Positions 1-9,600 are shown, counted from the stretch's first letter. The stretch is DNA of 49,820 bases from a virus (IMGVR_UViG_3300045988_111757:1-49820); one strand, 5' to 3'. Numbers and translations: made by a program. The notes: generated from the letters alone by a model not told the origin.

Positions 1-55
1 ATTTTCCTGTAACAAACTGATAATCACCTGCAGTTGTTTCATATCCTCCTGCGTG
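1..55. repeat. 55-bp terminal direct repeat identical to 49766..49820 (circular assembly overlap)
   Basis: Bases 1-55 and 49766-49820 are letter-for-letter identical, and identity stops at 49765. The unique circle is 49765 bp. Confidence 0.95.
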
Positions 56-640
56 AGAATAAAAACCATGCGCCATTGTATGACCACCCTCTGCGTGGGA
101 ATTTTTACCATACGCTATTGTATGACCACCCTCTGCGTGAGAATAATGACCACTTGCTGTTGTACTGCTCCCCTCTGCGTGAGAATAATGACCACTTGCT
201 GTTGTACTGCTCCCCTCTGCGTGAGAATAAAAACCATGCGCCATTGTATGACCACCCTCTGCGTGAGAATAAAAACCATACGCCGTTGTAGCAATTCCCT
301 CTGCGTGAGAATAAAAACCATTTGCAACATTTCCTGCGAATGCCTGTATGTTTTCGTATGTTCTTTCTCTATAATCGTTAAAAATCTCTGCTCCCTCACC
401 TGCTACTTCAGTTGTATTGTATGTCGGTTGTATTGTTTGCCCTGCTAATGATTTACCGACTTCCGATTTTTTATTAACTTCCGTTTGCAGTTCAGTAAGG
501 CAAATGCCGTACTTATTAAACATATAGTTAAAAATAGGTGCAGGCGGTTTATATCCTGCTTGAAAGCCGTTTGTTTTGAGTGTTTCACTCGGTGCAGTAC
601 CCTCATTAGTCCATAAGGGTGGTGTTGTAAAATTAGCCAT
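1..640 (-). CDS. Tail fibre / appendage protein, N-terminal part; the gene crosses the circular junction and continues in 49083..49820
   Basis: ATG at 640-638 with GGAGG 8 nt upstream. The frame is open to base 1 and in phase with 49083..49820 once the 55-bp overlap is collapsed (about 440 aa total). It encodes MANFTTPPLWTNEG... followed by seven 14-aa G-x-x-SHAEG-x-x-T-x-A-x repeats. Confidence 0.8.
   Translation of the reverse strand, partial: MANFTTPPLWTNEGTAPSETLKTNGFQAGYKPPAPIFNYMFNKYGICLTELQTEVNKKSEVGKSLAGQTIQPTYNTTEVAGEGAEIFNDYRERTYENIQAFAGNVANGFYSHAEGIATTAYGFYSHAEGGHTMAHGFYSHAEGSSTTASGHYSHAEGSSTTASGHYSHAEGGHTIAYGKNSHAEGGHTMAHGFYSHAGGYETTAGDYQFVTGK
49..342 (-). repeat. Seven tandem 42-nt units encoding the 14-aa SHAEG repeats of the fibre
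   Basis: The CTGCGTG anchor recurs at 49, 91, 133, 175, 217, 259 and 301 (period 42). Units 133-174 and 175-216 are identical, and units 49-90 and 217-258 are identical. Confidence 0.9.
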
Positions 641-652
641 ATATCATACCTC

Positions 653-1279
653 CTAAATCGGTAAAATTATTTCGTTTTCTTCACTACTCAAAGCACCAAA
701 ATAACCGCCTATTGTTCCGCCCTCGACATCACAAAAGCCTGCTGTTTCGTCTTGTTCGTTTTCGCTTGCTGAAAATTCAAAAGTTCCCTCATATATTGAA
801 TTAGCTGAAAGAACAATACCAACAGGCATAAGGGTTTGAACAAGTTGAGTAAATTGTTTAACGGTAAATTCTGCATTGATAATAGTGCTTAACGGTACGG
901 TTATAGTCACTTCGCAAGGGTTAGTTGCTTCCGTGATATGTACTTGCGATTGCTCACAATTAAGGACTGCACATAAAGCGTCTGTAATGCTCTTATTTGA
1001 GCCATTTGCAAGGTTACGCATAATTCTTGTCTTGATTAACAAAATGTACTGCTCGTCAGTTGCAAGTCCTCTACTCTGCCCTACAAGGTCGCCGTAAAGG
1101 TCAAGCGTTGCACCTTTTGCATTATTCAAGTTTAAAGAGTTTTCAATGCTTATTAAACATTCCCTAAACGCTTCAACATTTTTGTCCGATAATTCAAGTA
1201 GTTTATAATTGTTGCTTGTCTTGTCTTTGTTATAACAGTCGGGTAAATTGTCAATGTGATTTTCTTGAAATAGTTTCAT
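653..1279 (-). CDS. Baseplate / fibre-attachment protein (P2 gpI or PBSX XkdU-like)
   Basis: ATG 1279 has a GAGGTGG RBS, whereas the longer track start at 1318 has none. It sits between the baseplate J-like gene and the fibre. The family call rests on synteny. Confidence 0.5.
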   Translation of the reverse strand: MKLFQENHIDNLPDCYNKDKTSNNYKLLELSDKNVEAFRECLISIENSLNLNNAKGATLDLYGDLVGQSRGLATDEQYILLIKTRIMRNLANGSNKSITDALCAVLNCEQSQVHITEATNPCEVTITVPLSTIINAEFTVKQFTQLVQTLMPVGIVLSANSIYEGTFEFSASENEQDETAGFCDVEGGTIGGYFGALSSEENEIILPI

Positions 1280-1280
1280 A

Positions 1281-2429
1281 TCAAGCCACCTCAACATTAA
1301 CGCTTGCACAAACTGCACTTTGGTATTGTCCGATTGTTATATCGTCTGTTGTAAAGGTCGTGCCGTTTGTTGATACTTGCAATAGCGTTACTTTCTTAAC
1401 GCCTGCAACTGAATATATGTAACTGTAAAGGGCTGAATAAATAACGCTATTTCCAACACCCAAGCCGTTGATATATTCCGCAATGTTGCTTTTGATTTTG
1501 TCAACACCGTTGCTTTCAAATTCTGCTGTTGTATCAACTTTGATTTTAACGGTAACATTAACATTTTCAGTTCGTGCAAAATAGATTGTGTGAGTATATC
1601 CGCCCTCGTCCGTTATTTCCTGCGAAATACTGCCGTAAGTCTTAATGCCTATCGGCTTTTTATCAAATATAGTTTCGGCTATTTGTTCCTCATAACCTAC
1701 ACCACCTGTAATATAAGCTGTAAAGCTGTGAGGCGGTCTACCTCCGCTGTCTGTTGTATCACTTTCATTAACTATTACTTTTGCACTTGATACATTAGGT
1801 ACACGAATTAACGCACTTTCAATAGCTGTTTGGTTACAACTTCCCAAGCCTTGCCCTGCTTGCTTAAATCGTTGTCTTAATTCGTGGTCGCTTTCCTCGT
1901 CCTCACCTGCGGTAACAACGCTTTTTCCTGCAACCTCGTCAATGTCAGCGTCAGGGTTTACAATTTCGGTTATATCACTGTAATTAACATTGCCGATTGT
2001 TCCGTTTTCAGTACATTCAACGGTAATAACGCAAGTACCGTTTTCACCGATTACAGTATCTTGTGTGTTGTAAAATTCAACCTCTGCGTCAGTTGCAACT
2101 AAAAAGCCATAAGGTACGGTATATCCTGCCGTGCCTGTAACTGTGACTTCATATTGTGACGGTGTTGCTGAATTTCGTGCAATGCCAACAAAAGGGCAAA
2201 GCCTATCAAGACTTGTACCGCTTGCAGTATTCGGAAATCTCGCATAATATATTGCTTCTGCTTCTTCCTCTGCTGTTGCCCTATCGTATGCAATAATTCT
2301 TATGAATTTGCCGAGCGGTGTTTGGTCGTCTGTGTCTATATCCTCACCAAACAACTCTTGTGCCTTTAATATAAGACTGTTAAGAATATCATCATATGTA
2401 GGGCGTTCATAACCTTTAGTTGTCAGCAT
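1281..2429 (-). CDS. Baseplate J-like protein (PBSX XkdT / P2 gpJ family)
   Basis: 382 aa with an AAAGGAGTG RBS. The N-terminus MLTTKGYERPTYDDILNSL...FPNTASGTSLDRL is typical of Baseplate_J proteins, and synteny agrees. Confidence 0.8.
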   Translation of the reverse strand: MLTTKGYERPTYDDILNSLILKAQELFGEDIDTDDQTPLGKFIRIIAYDRATAEEEAEAIYYARFPNTASGTSLDRLCPFVGIARNSATPSQYEVTVTGTAGYTVPYGFLVATDAEVEFYNTQDTVIGENGTCVITVECTENGTIGNVNYSDITEIVNPDADIDEVAGKSVVTAGEDEESDHELRQRFKQAGQGLGSCNQTAIESALIRVPNVSSAKVIVNESDTTDSGGRPPHSFTAYITGGVGYEEQIAETIFDKKPIGIKTYGSISQEITDEGGYTHTIYFARTENVNVTVKIKVDTTAEFESNGVDKIKSNIAEYINGLGVGNSVIYSALYSYIYSVAGVKKVTLLQVSTNGTTFTTDDITIGQYQSAVCASVNVEVA

Positions 2430-2441
2430 TTAATCACTCCT

Positions 2442-2762
2442 TTAATCTAATTCTGTTTCAATCTCTAATTCCGTGTCGTTTTCTTCACTTGTGCAAGTGA
2501 ATTTAACAATCAGCGTTCTACCGTCAAGGCTCATTTCAAAATCGGTAATATTTAAAGTTTCGTCTACTTGCTGTAAACCGTCCTCTATTTCTGCCATTAC
2601 CATTTCTTCGGTTACGCCTTTGCCGAGAATATTTGAAAAATCTATACCCTCTTCCCAATCGTCAAACCATTCGCCTTTGTTAGTGTTAATGATTAACTGC
2701 ACTTTTTGTTTTAATAATTCCTCGCCGTCAACCATTTGTATTTCGTTATTTTCAATCAGCAA
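2442..2762 (-). CDS. Baseplate wedge protein (XkdS / gp25-like, DUF2634-type); the true start is probably upstream, see findings
   Basis: The sequence GDLLIENNEIQMVDGEELLKQKVQLIINTNKGEWFDDWEEGIDF matches the pattern of small baseplate wedge proteins. The frame stays open upstream to 2808 without a canonical start. Confidence 0.55.
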   Translation of the reverse strand: MLIENNEIQMVDGEELLKQKVQLIINTNKGEWFDDWEEGIDFSNILGKGVTEEMVMAEIEDGLQQVDETLNITDFEMSLDGRTLIVKFTCTSEENDTELEIETELD

Positions 2763-2808
2763 ATCGCCTGTGCTGTCGAGTGCAAAACCTTTGATAAAAT
2801 CGCCCCCC

Positions 2809-3138
2809 TTATAAAGTGCCTATAATAATACTGTCACTCATATTGTGGTGACCTTTAGGTGGTAAAACATTTTTGCCTTTTTTTGCTTCCGTGATATTTC
2901 GCTCGCAACAAATTACAACGGCAATATCACCCTTTGCCAAGTCTTTAACTTGTTTTGTGAATGGTACGGCAGTCAATACAGATTGTTTCATTGCTTTTTC
3001 GCCTGTTTCTTTAGTCATTCCTAAAGGCTGTATTTTTGCCGTCTTGCCTTTAACAGAAAGTACCTTTGCTAAATATGCAGTATGCAAAGATAACAATTTG
3101 TTATCTATAAAATCATCAAAATATTTAGCATATCCCAT
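2809..3138 (-). CDS. Small baseplate spike/plug protein (XkdR / Gp138 N-terminal-like)
   Basis: 109 aa with a GAGGTG RBS, located between the hub-like and wedge-like genes. The pattern AKVLSVKGKTAKIQPL...GDIAVVICCERNI resembles OB-fold spike N-domains. Confidence 0.4.
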   Translation of the reverse strand: MGYAKYFDDFIDNKLLSLHTAYLAKVLSVKGKTAKIQPLGMTKETGEKAMKQSVLTAVPFTKQVKDLAKGDIAVVICCERNITEAKKGKNVLPPKGHHNMSDSIIIGTL

Positions 3139-3150
3139 TGTGTCACCTCA

Positions 3151-3179
3151 TAAAAAATAACCGTGATTTACACACGGTT
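3151..3179 (-). terminator. Intrinsic terminator after the hub-like gene
   Basis: On the minus strand the stem AACCGTG/CACGGTT (3159-3165 with 3173-3179) is followed by A-TTTTTT. The stem overlaps the stop codon at 3178-3180. Confidence 0.6.
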
Positions 3180-4086
3180 AAAATACTTTTATTTTAGTAA
3201 TTGCTTCGCCCTCATTAAATGTATGCTCGCCACTTCTTATACGATATTTGCCGTCTTTTGCGTTTATGCTTTTTAGCTTGATTATTCCGCCTGTTGTCAT
3301 TCTGTGATTTAACAATAACTCGACTTCGTACCCTTTTATTGTTTCTTTATACTTTTCGGCTGTAATTTCTTCCTCATATTCGGTCGGCGTGTTAATCATT
3401 CCTGTGCTTTCTTCAACCGTGAAATTAAGGTTATCGCCAACCTTTAAATGTCGGGCGTAAATCTTGCCCTTATTCACATATACGGATATACCGCATACAT
3501 CAGCATAGGTCTTGATGTTTTCGTACAAATCACCGTCAACCTTTTGTTCGTCCTTATATGTGAAATCTCTCTTTATCTTAAACACCGCTATCGGTGTACC
3601 TGTCTTTTTTAATAAGTCTTTTAATATTTTGCTTGCTTTCGTTCCCTTTTTGTAAGTTTTTTCTTTTAGCTTCTTTGTCTTAACTCTATCTAAACATTTG
3701 ATTGTTGTTTTTCGGTCCGCACCCTCATAAGCTGTTTTTCTTTTTGATACATAGCCTTTGAATATAACTCCTGTATCACCTTTAAAGCCTGCTTCAATAG
3801 TAATTATAGCGTTTTTCTTAAATCGGCTTATTGTTGTATTTGAAAGGTTATATATAGTAATTTCTGCTTCGTTAGCTTCCATATCATCATCAAATGGCAC
3901 ATTAAACTCCAAGTCTAAATCATTTGAATTTACAACAGCACCATTGCAACGAATAATAGCAACGCTACCGAATACACCTTTAGGCATATCGGTATAAAAA
4001 GTGTCATTCCAACCTTTCATTGCCTTTGCCATTTTTGATACATCACTATTTTGTTTAACATTTATAATTTGTGATTTATTACTCAT
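3178..4086 (-). CDS. Baseplate hub protein (XkdQ / late-control gpD-like)
   Basis: ATG 4086 has an AAAGGTGG RBS, and the track start at 4215 lies inside a promoter and leader. 302 aa, immediately upstream of the spike, wedge and J genes. Confidence 0.55.
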   Translation of the reverse strand: MSNKSQIINVKQNSDVSKMAKAMKGWNDTFYTDMPKGVFGSVAIIRCNGAVVNSNDLDLEFNVPFDDDMEANEAEITIYNLSNTTISRFKKNAIITIEAGFKGDTGVIFKGYVSKRKTAYEGADRKTTIKCLDRVKTKKLKEKTYKKGTKASKILKDLLKKTGTPIAVFKIKRDFTYKDEQKVDGDLYENIKTYADVCGISVYVNKGKIYARHLKVGDNLNFTVEESTGMINTPTEYEEEITAEKYKETIKGYEVELLLNHRMTTGGIIKLKSINAKDGKYRIRSGEHTFNEGEAITKIKVF

Positions 4087-4101
4087 ATAACCACCTTTAA
4101 A

Positions 4102-4141
4102 CGACAAACACCGCAAGGGATATTTGCCCTCACGGTGTTCG
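4102..4141 (-). terminator. Long leader hairpin (terminator-like) between promoter 4187..4215 and the hub gene
   Basis: Minus-strand RNA reads CGAACACCGUGAGGGCAAAUAUCCCUUGCGGUGUUUGUCG followed by UUUAAAGG. The stems are GAACACCG/CGGUGUUU and AGGG/CCCU. Confidence 0.4.
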
Positions 4142-4186
4142 CCAATTTCATATTTACGGAGTGTAGGGTTATTTCCTACATACAAT

Positions 4187-4215
4187 ATTATAGCAGAATA
4201 ACTTTTTACTGTCAA
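4187..4215 (-). promoter_or_regulatory. Consensus sigma-A promoter (TTGACA-17-TATAAT with TGn extension)
   Basis: Minus strand: TTGACA (4215-4210), a 17-nt spacer ending in TGC, then TATAAT (4192-4187). It lies 6 nt after the stop codon at 4222-4224. Confidence 0.6.
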
Positions 4216-4221
4216 TAATTG

Positions 4222-4695
4222 TTAATTAAGTATTCCGCTATCGTCAATAAGACTTTCAATCTCTTTAATTTCGTCCTCGTGCAAGCAATCATCAGGATTG
4301 TCAATGTCGCCGTTTGTAAATTCAAGTCGAGATTGTTTTATTTCAACCTCAATGTCCTCGTCTGTGTTGTCTAAACACAAAAATACTGTTTCATTGAGAT
4401 TGTCAAAAGTTACTGCATTGTTCTCGCCACTTTCATCATAAGGCACAATATCTATTGCAGGATATTTACCATTTATAAAAACATCCGAAAATAAAGGCTT
4501 GCCGTATATAATCGGCTCACCTTTGCAAATTTCCTCATACTCACCGCTTTCCTCGTCTAACTTTGATAAATCAAGTGTAAAGAGTTCTGCGGTTTCGTTA
4601 AAATTCACACCTATTTTGAATGTTTCGTCGGCAAGAACAATGTCAAATTCGTATGGTATCAAATCTTTGTTGATTTCGATTATATCCCTTTTCAT
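4222..4695 (-). CDS. Acidic hypothetical tail/baseplate protein (possible baseplate plug)
   Basis: 157 aa with a GAGGTAG RBS. The pattern FDIVLADETFKIGVNFNETAELFTLDL...PIIYGKPLF resembles small baseplate plug proteins, but only weakly. Confidence 0.5.
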   Translation of the reverse strand: MKRDIIEINKDLIPYEFDIVLADETFKIGVNFNETAELFTLDLSKLDEESGEYEEICKGEPIIYGKPLFSDVFINGKYPAIDIVPYDESGENNAVTFDNLNETVFLCLDNTDEDIEVEIKQSRLEFTNGDIDNPDDCLHEDEIKEIESLIDDSGILN

Positions 4696-4705
4696 TTGCT
4701 ACCTC

Positions 4706-5014
4706 TTAAATAGTTTCGTCAGGTTTATCACCGTTGTCATAAATTTGGTCTGCGTCAACAGTTGTTTCATCAACAACAATAATGTTATTAAAGTCATAGT
4801 CAGGTGAATATACTGCATACCTTGAATAACAAATCTCTTCGGCAGGTGTTCCCTCGGGACAATCTCTTAAATCATAGAACACCCAACCGCTTTCCATTGT
4901 CATAACAACTCTGTTACGCACATTCAGCTCCAAATGAATGTGTGAAATGCTCAAAGCATTGCCGTTTGGCAATGTTATTGTATTACCATAAATAATTTCG
5001 TCTGTTGTTCCCAT
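4706..5014 (-). CDS. Hypothetical protein (tail module)
   Basis: 102 aa with a GAGAGGAAC RBS, tightly packed in the tail operon. I recognise no motif. Confidence 0.65.
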   Translation of the reverse strand: MGTTDEIIYGNTITLPNGNALSISHIHLELNVRNRVVMTMESGWVFYDLRDCPEGTPAEEICYSRYAVYSPDYDFNNIIVVDETTVDADQIYDNGDKPDETI

Positions 5015-5028
5015 AATAAGTTCCTCTC

Positions 5029-5808
5029 TTATTTATAAAACCAATTCTTACTTTCAAGCATTGCTTTATGCTCACTATCTATCTTTTCAAGGTTTTTATC
5101 ACCTACATAAAATACGCCCGCTGTTTTGCCTGTCAGGTCAGCAAGATTTTCAATAATTCCGTGCAATATTGATTGTGGATATTTTTCGCTGTACTGTAAA
5201 TACAAGTCGGCACTTGTTCCTTGCCCTACATATAATTCAGTCAATGCTCCGCCTGCTCCTCTCACAACTTGCCTAAATGATACATTTGATGTTTCATTTA
5301 ATGTTCCAACTGTCATTTTAGTTACCTTATTAGCACTAAAAATTACACTTGCACCAATGCTTACAAGGTTAGGTGTATTGATTTCTGTTAAGTCTGCACA
5401 ATTACTAAATGCACTATTTTCCATAGTTGTAAGGTTAGGTAAGTTAATCGTTATCAAACCGCAACCACTAAATCCACTTGCACCAATGCTTACAAGGTTA
5501 GGCATATTGATTGTTTTTAAATTTGAACAATTATAAAATACATCATTGCCAATAGATTTCAATTTTGGAAAATCTGCTACTTCAAGACTTTCACACTCAT
5601 TGAAAAAATCAGTTATTATTTGTTCAACATTTTTTCCGCTTGTACTTATTGTAGATAGAGGAGCATAATTGCCACTTTCTATAACAGTTATATCATCAGG
5701 AATAACTAAAGCTATATCTTCGTATGTGAACATTAGTTTATATATATTCCCATATCTTGCTTTATCAATCAGCTTTTGGACTTTTGCTTTTAATGTTGCT
5801 AAACTCAT
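5029..5808 (-). CDS. BspA-type leucine-rich repeat (LRR_5) protein
   Basis: Repeats of the form F-x-x-C-x-x-L-x-x-I-x-x-P-x-L-x-x-I-G: FYNCSNLKTINMPNLVSIGASGFSGCGLITINLPNLTTMENSAFSNCADLTEINTPNLVSIG. GGGGGT RBS. Confidence 0.75.
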   Translation of the reverse strand: MSLATLKAKVQKLIDKARYGNIYKLMFTYEDIALVIPDDITVIESGNYAPLSTISTSGKNVEQIITDFFNECESLEVADFPKLKSIGNDVFYNCSNLKTINMPNLVSIGASGFSGCGLITINLPNLTTMENSAFSNCADLTEINTPNLVSIGASVIFSANKVTKMTVGTLNETSNVSFRQVVRGAGGALTELYVGQGTSADLYLQYSEKYPQSILHGIIENLADLTGKTAGVFYVGDKNLEKIDSEHKAMLESKNWFYK

Positions 5809-5819
5809 TTTAATACCCC

Positions 5820-6689
5820 CTAACTCTTATAACCCATAAGTAGTTTAACACCGACTTTTAAAGATTTTGGGTCGCCTTTTTTACTAAAAGCGTTTGGATT
5901 GTTTTTCACTACCCAACTTTCGCTTTTCCCCAAAGATTTATAGTTTTTGTTCACTAATTTATAGACTGTATCGCCCTTTTTAGTTTTATGATAAACCGCT
6001 TTGCTTTTTCCGCCTTTAGTTTGTTGAGTACCGCCATTTGATTTTGATTTAGTTGTACTCTTAACAGGTAAACCCTCAAGCTTCGATTTATCAACCCAAC
6101 CATAAACCCTTTTGCCGTCCGTACTTTTTAAGTGGTATTTATGTTTAGCTTTTTTTGTATTTTTTATTTTGGTGATTTTGCAAGTGGAACGCCCACGCTT
6201 TGCCGACGCTTTTTTTGCTTCGGATGAAGCATAGACATTACCACCCTTAAATACAACCTTTGCACCTACTTTTAAATTAGGCTTTGACTTTTTCGCCTTT
6301 GCCTGTTTTTTAGAGGTGCTTGATTTTTTTTTGTAAGAAGATTTTGCAATGCGTACTTCTTTAAGCTCCATTGAAAAAGCAGAGCCACCCTTAATGTTCT
6401 TATCGTCCGTACAATCAAATGATTGTATCTGTAATTTTTTAAGGGTGTTGCGTCCTTTATAGGTAATCAATGAGCCTGCATTTTGCAGTTTCTCAATTTT
6501 CTTAACTATATCGGACGCTTTATATTTACCGTTATTGACGATTTTACCGTCAATGCTTAAAGTAATTGCCTGCTTTTGAATAGAACTTGTAATCGGCAAG
6601 CCTTTCTCGGTTGGGTGGTCTGTGCTATTTATTGAACGCTTGACATTTTCGCTTTCAACAAAAATCGCTATTCCATTTATTGTAGCCAT
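5820..6689 (-). CDS. XkdP-like tail protein with Lys-rich linker and C-terminal LysM domain
   Basis: Directly follows the tape measure gene. The C-terminus VYHKTKKGDTVYKLVNKNY...LKVGVKLLM is LysM-like. GGAGG RBS. Confidence 0.65.
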   Translation of the reverse strand: MATINGIAIFVESENVKRSINSTDHPTEKGLPITSSIQKQAITLSIDGKIVNNGKYKASDIVKKIEKLQNAGSLITYKGRNTLKKLQIQSFDCTDDKNIKGGSAFSMELKEVRIAKSSYKKKSSTSKKQAKAKKSKPNLKVGAKVVFKGGNVYASSEAKKASAKRGRSTCKITKIKNTKKAKHKYHLKSTDGKRVYGWVDKSKLEGLPVKSTTKSKSNGGTQQTKGGKSKAVYHKTKKGDTVYKLVNKNYKSLGKSESWVVKNNPNAFSKKGDPKSLKVGVKLLMGYKS

Positions 6690-6692
6690 ATA

Positions 6693-9600
6693 TTAGACCT
6701 CCTTAACCTTTGGGTTTTTAGTTGCAATGCCCTCAAATACTTCTTCCATTGCTTCCTGTACCCATTTTTTGACTTTTCTTGCCGTTGTCCTGTCGTCACT
6801 TGTTCCGCTAACGGTCAAGTTAAATACAGGTGCATAAGTGTTGTTTTCGGTGCGATTTGCACCTTGCTGTGATGTACCGCTTTCAGGGCTATAATTAGCC
6901 GTGCGAACACCAAGCGAATTTCCTGCCTGTTGCCATAAATTCAAGCTTCGTTTTCTTTTTGCAGGGTCGGTAGGTATTACCCATTCAGGCTTATTCTTTT
7001 CAGCAATTAAGCCTGTTTTGGTAACAAGACCGCCGTTAGAATAGCCGTGTCCTTGATATGCTCTTGCTAATGAACCATATCTCGATACCGCATATCTTAT
7101 TGAAGCAAGAATATTACTCAACGGGTCATAGATATTTTTGTTATATCCTTTGCGTGCATACGCTCTAAATGTCGGGTCAATTACCTGCATTAAGCCTTTT
7201 GACGGTGTGCCTTTTTTAGCATTGCTATCCCATTTGTTTATTGCTCTTGGGTTGCCACCGCTCTCGGTTTGCATTTGGTAAAGTGTCCTTTTAACATTTT
7301 CGGCACTATACTGTCCCTCCATTTTCAAAGCACGAATAACGGTTGTACGCCATTGTGCTACACCTTTTGAAGCGTCATAGTTTGCAAGGCTTAACGCTCC
7401 CATTTCGTCAAATTTCTTTTTGAGCCAAGATGTCATTGCACCGCCTGTAATTTTATTAACAACACCTTTACCGACTTTAAGCGGAAAACCGCTTTCGTTG
7501 CCGTATGTGGCATTTTTACGCATATAGCTTGTTAGTCCTTTAGGGTTGTCAATGTATTCCCAAGCGTCAAAGTTGCCTGTACCTTTAGCATAATTATAAG
7601 TAGCTGATTTTCTACCCATAATTTGAGCGGTACGGTCAGCAGGTAATACTTTCATTCCTTTAGGTGCATTTGGAATAAGTACATTTCTGCCCTTTGGTAT
7701 AAACGATTGACCGTTAGGCATTTGCACTAATTCAGCACCCCTGCCGTCATTTACAAGGGCGTTACCGCCTTTGTGTCCGTTTGTACCGTTTGCATAGCTT
7801 ACAGTTGATAACTTGCTCTTTGCACCAATTTGACCTAATACACCGTTTGCGGTGCTAATAACTTTGTTAGCACCTCGTATAGAAGCTTTTGAAGCTCTAT
7901 TCCATATTGAAGTAATTGCATTTGCCAAACTGTTACCTGTACTCTTAATAGCATTACCCATTTTGCTTGGTAATTGTTTAGCCTTTGCTACCATAGAATT
8001 ACAATTTTTAGTCACTGTTTTAAGTGAACTTGATGTAATCTTACTCGGCTGTTTTAGCGACTTCCAAAGTCCGTTTAAATTGCTAAGGTTAATTTTGTTT
8101 ACCTGTGAAATAAAACCTTTGATATTTGCACCAAAGTTTTTAAGTGCCGTGCCGATACCTGATATATCGTTCTTGCCTGTGAATAACTGTTTAAGTCCAC
8201 CCTTTTTTGGCAAGCCGTTAATGCTCTTTAAGGCTTTGAAAAGTGACGATATTTTACTCATATCCTTAATACCTGATATTGAATTGTAAAATCTCGCCAT
8301 TGCTGAACCAAACGGTGGTAGTTTTGACGCAAGTCCCGATATATCGTTTTCACCTGTAAACCACTGTTTAATACCGCCTGTCTTTGGTAGTTTTCCAATA
8401 TCCGCTAACGATTTAAACAACGCTTTAGCATTTGCAAAGCCTGCTTGTGGCAATTTCGCTACTTTGGTATAAAAACCTATAACGCCCTTACCTGACATCT
8501 TCGCTAACCCACTTGCTAACGAACTAAAATCGGTTTCACCGCCAAACCATTGAGCAAGTCCGCCTGTTTTCGGCACATTGCCTATATCTGCAAGTGATTT
8601 AAACAGTAACTTTGCATTAGTAAATCCGTTTGCAGGTAATGTAGCAACTTTGGTAAAGAAGCCTGACGCATTATTGATAAAGGTTGTTAATTGAGTACCA
8701 ACATCACCTAAATTTGTACCGCCTGTGAGTTTACTTAAAAGGTTATTTCCTGTCATTTTGAGCATAAAGCCACCAACAGCACTGAAAAAGCTTCCTATTC
8801 CGCTCATATCCACGCCTTTAAACAGCGTAAACATAGGTGCTATCGCTCTTGCAAAAGCGGTTAAATTCTTGCCTATCGTCGGTAATGAAGCTGAAATACC
8901 CTCACCAAGTCCACCGACTAACGCACCAGCGATTTTACCTATTTGATTAAACAGATTAGCGAGAGTGTCGCCACCTTTTGATATAAATTCGTTGAATTTT
9001 GGTATTTGTGCTAATGCTCCATAAGCAGTAATTAAAGCGGTCATTCCACCTATAACTAATGCTATATTTGCCAAACCTCTTAATACAACAGGTATAGGTA
9101 TCATACCTACCAACCCTGCAAATGCAGTCAATGCCGAGCCGACTGTGCCTAAAACACCAATTATAACGGCAACTTTTGTTAATCTTGTAAGGTCAAACTC
9201 AATAAGTGAAACAGCACCGATTAACAAATACAATGCTGACATACTTGCAACTACTAACGCAATGTTAGCAATTCCTTTTAGCACTACCGAAATAGGTATC
9301 ACACCAACTATGCTTGCTAATTTTGCAAGCCCTGTACCTACCAAACCTAAAGCACCGACAAGAGCAACCATTTTCAACACGGTTTTACCGTCCGACAACT
9401 GTGCCATATAAGGTGCAACAGCCATAAATGCCACCGTTATTGCCGTCATTCCACCGATTATAATTGCAAGATTTGCCATACCTTTAAGAATGGTACTTGT
9501 TTTAGTCTGTGCAAGTCCTTTAAATATGTTCGTTATGCCGTCAAACAGCGAGCCACCCTCGCCACCTTTTCCACCGAACATTCCTTTAAATGACGATACA

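Noticed and set aside
49-342. Possible CRISPR array because of regularly spaced repeats
   Set aside because: The units are contiguous (period 42, no spacers), lie in frame inside a fibre gene, and encode a recognisable 14-aa protein repeat.
34-448. Track ORFs 34..291 (+), 53..448 (+) and 115..399 (-), all with highly repetitive translations
   Set aside because: They are off-frame or antisense readings of the 42-nt tandem repeats. The real gene is the minus-strand frame starting at ATG 640, which is open to the window edge and is missing from the track because it has no stop inside the window.
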